From: an archaeon | Lineage (GTDB): Archaea > Nanobdellota > Nanobdellia > SCGC-AAA011-G17 > GW2011-AR17 | Direction: 5' to 3' | Length of the DNA: 64,000 nt | Assembly (NCBI GenBank): GCA_043814545.1 | Contig: JBDRJY010000007.1 | Location: 6,819 to 70,818 of the forward strand | Part shown: positions 58,150 to 64,000 of the stretch, piece after piece | Position numbering within the stretch: the first letter of the stretch is position 1 | Layout of the letters: each line of letters begins with the position of its first letter | The notes under the pieces: model-generated | What the model was told of the DNA's origin: nothing | Databases searched by the model: none | Seen by the model: the letters and a program-made list of their open reading frames with translations, nothing else | Translations under genes and position numbers: made by a program

Positions 58150-58274
58150 GTTACACCCCCTAATTATATACAAAAGAATTCTACCGCCAATATAAAGTTT
58201 TATGTCTTATATTAAACAATTTTACGGGTTATATAAAAGAATGATGAAAAATGAAATAAAAGAAAAAGGTTTAT

Positions 58275-58832
58275 TTATACCTTTTTTTTATACCCTTTTG
58301 CAGCTAAAGTTTTAATCAACAATTCAACAGCTTCATGCAATTTTTTCTCTGAACGTGTACCCGTACAAACAATCTTACCATTACTAAACAATAGGAAAGT
58401 AGCTCTTGTATCAGGTAACTTATAAACCAGACCAGGGAACTGTTCCGGCTCGTATTCAGTATTAGGCAAGTTAATTGCTAACGAGTTCAAGTTAAGGTCA
58501 ATACCTATAGCACCAGATGCAACCATGTTCTGAACTTTACATACGGGGTTAATTGTTATTTTTATTTTAATTTTTTCTATATTTTTAATAATAGCTTCTA
58601 CAGATTCTTTCACTTTTGCCAAAGACTTAGCACCGGTACATACAACTTTACCTGAGCTAAATATCAAAGCAGAAGTTTTAGGATCTTTAATCCTCATAAC
58701 CAAACCTGGAAACTGTTCAGGGTTATATTCGGTGTTAGGTAATGTTTCAGCCAATTTCACCAATGGGATAGGCTGTCCTAAATATGTGGTAGCCACAATG
58801 TTTTGAATAATTACTTTTTTCTTTCCTGTCAT
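58275..58832 (-). CDS. tbp: TATA-binding protein
   Basis: Two repeats: YNPEQFPGL...IFSSGKVVCTG and YEPEQFPGL...LFSNGKIVCTG. Confidence 0.97.
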   Translation of the reverse strand: MTGKKKVIIQNIVATTYLGQPIPLVKLAETLPNTEYNPEQFPGLVMRIKDPKTSALIFSSGKVVCTGAKSLAKVKESVEAIIKNIEKIKIKITINPVCKVQNMVASGAIGIDLNLNSLAINLPNTEYEPEQFPGLVYKLPDTRATFLLFSNGKIVCTGTRSEKKLHEAVELLIKTLAAKGYKKKV

Positions 58833-58987
58833 GTTTTTTGCCTCGCTTAAGGTAATTCTTTAAAAAGAAAGTTAAAAGTGTTTATAAAGGTATTTATAAA
58901 AGAAATTTTAGAATATAAAAGCTAATTCTTTAATATTTAAAGGAATTAGAGCTATTTGTCCTTATTTAGGAAATAAATTTTAGGGTT

Positions 58988-59003
58988 GGTTTTGCCTTTG
59001 GCT
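58988..59003 (-). repeat. Dispersed mini-hairpin element, copy 10
   Basis: + strand GGTTTTGCCTTTGGCT. Confidence 0.7.
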
Positions 59004-59039
59004 TTGATGTTTGAAAATAGTGAATAAGGGACAAAAATA

Positions 59040-62000
59040 TTATTTCAAAATCTTAAAACTAACATTAAACATTTCACCTTTAATCATTTCTTTAGAACTA
59101 TGTTCAAACTCTTTACGTTCAAACACTAAAGATTTTGCACCAACTTTAATCATCATGTCATCTTTCCATTTATTCAATTCATAACCAGTTTGTATTGCTA
59201 ATTCTATTTCATCTGACTTTTCCAAACCTACTTTTTTTCTTAAATTCTGTACACGACGCATCAATTCTCTAGCAAACCCTTCAGCTTCTAACTCTTTATT
59301 CAATTCAGTGTCGATGTATAACACTCCACTTTTAAAATTAGCAGCAGTTAAGTTGGCAGGCAAAGTTTCTTTAACATGAATATGCGTCCTGTTCAATTCA
59401 AACTTGTCAACATTTGCAGAACCTTCCTTATAAATTTTTTTCATAACATCGTCGTTTAACATTTGTTTAATTTGAGGAGCATCAGCTTTGAAATCTTTAC
59501 CTATTGTGCCAGGGTTCATTGTAATTTCTACGCGAGCACCTTCAACTTCACTTTCAAACAACAATTGTTTAATATTAGTCTGACGCAAAACAATACTTTG
59601 CAATTTTTCTAACGAACCTAAAACATCTTTGTTCATTGTAAGAACTGTAACTTTTGACAAAGGCCATCTTACACTTATAATAGCTTTTTCCCGAGCAGAT
59701 AATATTGTAGCAATAACATCTTTCGCATGCTCAAAATTTTCTTCTAATTCAACAGAAACATAACTTGCCTCAGCCTTAGGCCAATCTAACAAATGCACAG
59801 ATTCTTCCGAAGCACCTAAACCATTTTCTTTCAGTTTCAAGTACAACTCTTCAGAAATCATCGGCATAACAGTTGCAAGCATTGTAATAATTTTCAACAA
59901 AACTTCATGTATAACATCAATCACAATCTGTTTTTGTTTAGGAGTACCAGTTGCAGCTTTATCACGTACTAACTGAATATAAGTTCTACTCAGTTCTAAA
60001 AACAAATCTTCAATCTGTAAAGGAACTTCGTTCAGCTGATACTTGTTAAACTTGTTAGTAACATCGTTAAGAGTAGAATGTAATTTTGATAAGATGTAAA
60101 CTTCTTCAACTTCCAACTTAGTTTTATCAATAGGGTTCGGTTTTACATTATTAGTTTTTACTAAATCAATAAGAAAGTTTACTAAGTTAGAAAGAATGAA
60201 AATATTTTTATGCTTAAGTTTCAAATCATCAAAGTTATAGTTCATGTCTACACCAGGATTAGCAGCACCAATTGCATAATACCTAAACGTGTCAGCACCA
60301 TACTTTTCAATAACTTCATAAGGAGAAATAATATTTTTTAACGACTTGCTCATCTTACGCCCTTCAGAATCGTTAATGAACCCGTGCATGTAAACAGCTT
60401 TATACGACGGTTGTTTGAACGCTACCATGCTTAAAGCCATTAAAGAATTGAACCAACCACGAATTTGATCTTTACCTTCAAGGATTAAATCCGGCTGTCC
60501 CAGTTTATCATAAAGTTCAGTCTTTCCTGGGTAACCAAGGGTCGCCCAAGGTGCTGCGCCTGAATCTAACCATACATCTAAAATATCTTCAATCCTCGAC
60601 ATTTCTTTTCCACATTTACATTTGATTTTAACTTCATCAATCCACGGCCTGTGCAAATTTTCTAATTTCATTCCGGAAGCATCTTCAACTTCTTTTTTCG
60701 AACCTAAAACTTTATGCTGACCACATTCACAAACCCAAATCGGTAAAGGTATACCCCAAAATCTTTGACGAGAAATGCACCAGTCTTGAAGATTTCGCAA
60801 CCATGAATCAAACCATTTATTACCTGCCCAATCAGGAACCCAAAGAATTTTTTTGTTATGCTCAATCATTTCACTTTTCAAGTTTTCAACTGCAAGGAAC
60901 CACTGGTTCGTAGCCCTAAATACAACAAGAGACTTACAGCGCCAACATCCAGGATACTCGTGTACGACCGGCGTTGAAGCTACTAAAAAACCTTTCTTAT
61001 CAATAGCTTCGATAAATTTAGGATCATCTTTCTTTGCAACTAAACCTTTGAAAAGCCCCATTTCTTCAGGGAACACACCATGTTCATCAATCAAATTGAA
61101 AGCAGGAATACCAAACTCTTTACCGACTTCATAATCTTCAGCACCACAACCCGGCGCCATGTGTACAAGGCCTGAACCTGACAACACGTCAACATACTTT
61201 TCTGACATTACAACCGAATACGCTTTTTCATTTTCGTCAAAAGTTTTTTGGTGGTAAGGTATTTCATCAAAGAACGGATGTTTGTACCGAGTTTTATACA
61301 AATCTAAACCTTTCAACTCTTCAACAATCTTATATTTGTGACCAGCAACCATTTGTATCACAGCACCAGCCAACGCTTTTGCCAAAATCCAAATTTCTCC
61401 AGTATCTTCAATCTTAACTTTAACATAATCATATTCAGGATGCGCCATTACACCCATGTTAAACGGAATAGTCCACGGCGTTGTCGTCCAAACAATTAAG
61501 AAAGTATTATCTTCGCCAATAACAGGAAGTTTTACAAAAATAGAATCATCTTTAACATTCTCATATTCTAATTCATGTTTTGCGAGAGCAGTTGCACAAC
61601 GCGGACACCAAGTCATACTTTTTTTACCTTGATACAAATAACCATTTTTGTTTGCCAAAGATAAAGCGTACCATGCACCTTCAATGTATTCGGTTTTAAC
61701 TGTCATGTACGGATTTTCCCAATCCATCCATATACCTAACCTCTTAAAATCTTTAATCATGGGATGCATTTTAGATATTGCATACTTTTCACACTCTTCG
61801 ATAAACTTTTTCATGCCAAGCTTTTCAAGAATTTCTTTTTTATTTTTCAAACCTAACTCTTTTTCTACAGAAACTTCGATAGGAAGACCATGCATGTCAA
61901 ATCCTGGTTGGTCCCAGACATTAAACCCATTCATTCTTTTAAAACGGATTAAGGAATCTCTAAGGGCTTTCCCCCAAGCGTGACCGATGTGTATAGCACC

Positions 62001-62132
62001 TGTAGTGTAAGGTGGACCGTCAAGATAAAAGAATTTTTTACCAGATTCAGTTTTAGCTTTAGCTTTCTGATAAATTTGATTATCATCCCAAAATTTAAGG
62101 ATTTTCTCTTCGGTTTTAACCACGTCTTGCAT
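59040..62132 (-). CDS. ileS: Isoleucine--tRNA ligase
   Basis: DGPPY, HIGH, WTTTPWT, DWCISRQRFWG, EGKDQIRGWF and KMSKS motifs. Confidence 0.97.
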   Translation of the reverse strand: MQDVVKTEEKILKFWDDNQIYQKAKAKTESGKKFFYLDGPPYTTGAIHIGHAWGKALRDSLIRFKRMNGFNVWDQPGFDMHGLPIEVSVEKELGLKNKKEILEKLGMKKFIEECEKYAISKMHPMIKDFKRLGIWMDWENPYMTVKTEYIEGAWYALSLANKNGYLYQGKKSMTWCPRCATALAKHELEYENVKDDSIFVKLPVIGEDNTFLIVWTTTPWTIPFNMGVMAHPEYDYVKVKIEDTGEIWILAKALAGAVIQMVAGHKYKIVEELKGLDLYKTRYKHPFFDEIPYHQKTFDENEKAYSVVMSEKYVDVLSGSGLVHMAPGCGAEDYEVGKEFGIPAFNLIDEHGVFPEEMGLFKGLVAKKDDPKFIEAIDKKGFLVASTPVVHEYPGCWRCKSLVVFRATNQWFLAVENLKSEMIEHNKKILWVPDWAGNKWFDSWLRNLQDWCISRQRFWGIPLPIWVCECGQHKVLGSKKEVEDASGMKLENLHRPWIDEVKIKCKCGKEMSRIEDILDVWLDSGAAPWATLGYPGKTELYDKLGQPDLILEGKDQIRGWFNSLMALSMVAFKQPSYKAVYMHGFINDSEGRKMSKSLKNIISPYEVIEKYGADTFRYYAIGAANPGVDMNYNFDDLKLKHKNIFILSNLVNFLIDLVKTNNVKPNPIDKTKLEVEEVYILSKLHSTLNDVTNKFNKYQLNEVPLQIEDLFLELSRTYIQLVRDKAATGTPKQKQIVIDVIHEVLLKIITMLATVMPMISEELYLKLKENGLGASEESVHLLDWPKAEASYVSVELEENFEHAKDVIATILSAREKAIISVRWPLSKVTVLTMNKDVLGSLEKLQSIVLRQTNIKQLLFESEVEGARVEITMNPGTIGKDFKADAPQIKQMLNDDVMKKIYKEGSANVDKFELNRTHIHVKETLPANLTAANFKSGVLYIDTELNKELEAEGFARELMRRVQNLRKKVGLEKSDEIELAIQTGYELNKWKDDMMIKVGAKSLVFERKEFEHSSKEMIKGEMFNVSFKILK

Positions 62133-62192
62133 ACGAAATTGGTTATGAGGCTTTATTTATATAATTTACCGTTTTAATATTGGGAAGGTTAA

Positions 62193-62210
62193 AGTTTTGC
62201 CTTACGGCTG
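62193..62210 (-). repeat. Dispersed mini-hairpin element, copy 11
   Basis: + strand AGTTTTGCCTTACGGCTG. Confidence 0.8.
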
Positions 62211-62216
62211 AAAGGT

Positions 62217-62606
62217 TTATTTTGGTTTAATATCATGTACACTGCGCTTTACAACTTTCATATCAGACTTTAATCCAGTTATATCGCGTTTTAAATCCCT
62301 AACATCCATTTTCATCTCAGAAAAATCTTTTCTATGAGTTTTAAAATCAGAAGCTAAAGCATTAAATTGATTTCTTAAATGTTTTACATCAGAATTTAAT
62401 TTACTCAAAGAAAATCCTAAGCCAATAGTAATGGTAAGGTTTGCTACTAAAAATGCAATAATTATATCTTCTTTCACCCAAGATCCACCTAAAATTTTTC
62501 TTAATATTTGAAAAATAATAAACAATCCAAAAATGATTATAAAAATATATATTAAATGGCGTAAGGTTTTGTTCAAAAATATTTTATTAGTTATTTTTTT
62601 AAACAT
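62217..62606 (-). CDS. Two-TM plus coiled-coil hypothetical protein
   Basis: Two hydrophobic helices around LGGSW, followed by heptads. Confidence 0.65.
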   Translation of the reverse strand: MFKKITNKIFLNKTLRHLIYIFIIIFGLFIIFQILRKILGGSWVKEDIIIAFLVANLTITIGLGFSLSKLNSDVKHLRNQFNALASDFKTHRKDFSEMKMDVRDLKRDITGLKSDMKVVKRSVHDIKPK

Positions 62607-62609
62607 ATT

Positions 62610-62708
62610 TTAAGCACCCACTAAGTTATATATTAACCAAATCCCTGTAACAATAGCCAATAAAATTGCTACAATCATAACTAAAGGAAATAATATGTCT
62701 TCATCCAT
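62610..62708 (-). CDS. Putative 32-aa membrane peptide
   Basis: MDEDILFPLVMIVAILLAIVTGIWLIYNLVGA; TATA upstream; ends 3 nt before the next start. Confidence 0.45.
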   Translation of the reverse strand: MDEDILFPLVMIVAILLAIVTGIWLIYNLVGA

Positions 62709-62790
62709 AACTAAAACAAAAGTATTAATGTTTAAATAATTTGCTTAAGATTTTCTAAGAATTTTCCGAAAATAACGTAAAATCAATGGT

Positions 62791-62934
62791 TTAAAAAGCT
62801 TCAAAAATTTTAAGAATAATTTGCCAGATTATAATTAGACCAAAAACAATTATAAAAATATAGATTAAATGTCGTAAGGTCTTATTCAAAAATATTTTAT
62901 CCATAGTATTTACAAATTTTTTAGATAAATCCAT
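62791..62934 (-). pseudogene. Truncated paralog of 62217-62606
   Basis: KIFLNKTLRHLIYIFII.FGL is shared with the paralog, then a stop after the first TM helix. Confidence 0.55.
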
Positions 62935-62965
62935 ACTAAAAATAAAGCTGTTATTGTTTAAATAA

Positions 62966-63490
62966 TTATCCCAAAACCTGTAACAATCCAGTATAATTCC
63001 TTGGTATGAAAATTGTAGCTCTTTCATCAAACTTTTTAGGATTCATTTTTTTATTAACAGAAACAATATCAAAAGGTAAACCGCTTGCATCTAAAACAGG
63101 ACGCATTGCAAAATCTTCTTTAGAATCGCCAAACAATAAAACTTGTTCTAAGTTAAAAGTTCTATCCATTTCTCCCATAGAATCTTTCAAAATAGAAGAT
63201 TTATCTTGGATACGCCAAAAACAGGCATCACAATTCAAATTTTTCACATCTCTCTCAACAATTTGTTGAATGTTTCTAGAAATAATTTCTTTACGAACCA
63301 TAGGATAACAAATGTCTAACATAAATTCAAACCCAGGATAATAAGGAGTGTCAGAAGCTTCAATTAACTCCTGCATGAATTCTTCAGAAAATGTAGGTAA
63401 TATGGTGTCGCAAACATATTCCCAGCTTGCATGTTCAGCATCTTTTGTTGAACCACCCTTGGCCCAAGTTTTAACAATTTCCCACGCCAC
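62966..63490 (-). CDS. Hypothetical protein, possibly HAD-like (start uncertain)
   Basis: PYYPGF, ISRN, DKS and FGDSKED resemble HAD motifs II-IV; motif I is not seen. Confidence 0.5.
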   Translation of the reverse strand: MAWEIVKTWAKGGSTKDAEHASWEYVCDTILPTFSEEFMQELIEASDTPYYPGFEFMLDICYPMVRKEIISRNIQQIVERDVKNLNCDACFWRIQDKSSILKDSMGEMDRTFNLEQVLLFGDSKEDFAMRPVLDASGLPFDIVSVNKKMNPKKFDERATIFIPRNYTGLLQVLG

Positions 63491-63799
63491 ATGCGTTATC
63501 CAATTAGGATGTTGAATCCAATGAGAAACAAAGATGTTACATAGAAATTGACGAACAATTAGTTGAAGAATATTTAAAATAATCTTTTACCTATACAAAT
63601 TAACAAAGAATAATTTTATTTTCTTTCCTATTTCATTAATTTTTTCTTTTTTATCTACACATAAGGTTTAATTAACTGTTTAATTCCATAAACTGCAAAG
63701 AAAACTCGGAATTCTTCCAATAACAGAAACAAAAGCTTTATAAATTTCACAAAAAAATTAAATAAGGTGCTTTAGGGCACAAGTTAGGAGAAAGTTAAA

Positions 63800-64000
63800 A
63801 TGGAATATGACAATGGAAATAGAGGCGGTTTCCGCCAAAGCTTCGCTCCCGTTAAAGTTGGAGACGAAATAGACGTAACAATCGAGAGCCTTGGAGAAAA
63901 AGGCGATGGTATTGCTAAAGTTAACAACTTCGTTATCGTTGTACCAGGCGGTAAAGAAGGGGAAACCGTTAAAGTTAGAATAACTAGAGTTTTAAGAAAA
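63800..64000 (+). CDS. Single TRAM-domain RNA-binding protein (runs off the window edge)
   Basis: Manual translation ...APVKVGDEIDVTIESLGEKGDGIAKVNNFVIVVPG...VKVRITRV; AGGAG RBS. Confidence 0.9.
   Translation, partial: MEYDNGNRGGFRQSFAPVKVGDEIDVTIESLGEKGDGIAKVNNFVIVVPGGKEGETVKVRITRVLRK

Noticed and set aside
56137..58173. Intein in MCM
   Set aside because: Normal length with contiguous Walker A/B regions.
1596..62210. Hairpin repeats as a CRISPR array or intrinsic terminators
   Set aside because: They are dispersed, not regularly spaced, and no cas genes are present. The stems are only 3-4 bp and are followed by an A-tract on the sense strand; two copies lie in divergent regions with nothing to terminate.
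63767..63780. GTGC-TTTAGG-GCAC hairpin in the TRAM gene leader
   Set aside because: A single short stem that does not match the dispersed element; too little evidence for a regulatory call.

Overview
AT-rich archaeal chromosomal window; the gene set and style suggest a DPANN lineage such as Woesearchaeota/Pacearchaeota (inference). Most genes lie on the minus strand. Housekeeping genes include scpB, aRF1, hjc, a short histone, TFB, TBP, MCM, an RPA32-like protein, IleRS, ribosomal proteins S8e/L37e/S3ae/S15, Sm/Lsm, aIF-1A, aIF-2beta, Rio1 and Dim2. There are four tRNAs, two of them with introns. Several very large surface proteins and scattered accessory genes are interspersed. The main observations are: (1) a 131-aa mini-intein inserted directly after the catalytic GGQ of release factor aRF1; (2) an unannotated ~100-nt structured RNA candidate just upstream of aRF1; (3) eleven co-oriented copies of a covarying mini-hairpin element (minus strand: 3-4 bp stem, mostly GNA/GNNA loop, then an AAAA(A)CC-type tail), each upstream of a minus-strand gene; (4) a free-standing LAGLIDADG gene abutting a tRNA-Leu that has a non-canonical 30/31 intron; (5) an ArmA/Rmt-like 16S methyltransferase coupled to rio1-dim2; (6) two parallel operons pairing a class-III-signal (pilin-like) protein with a giant Cys-rich secreted protein. 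No CRISPR array, rRNA, integrase or transposase was recognised. All family calls come from motif recognition by eye, not database searches.
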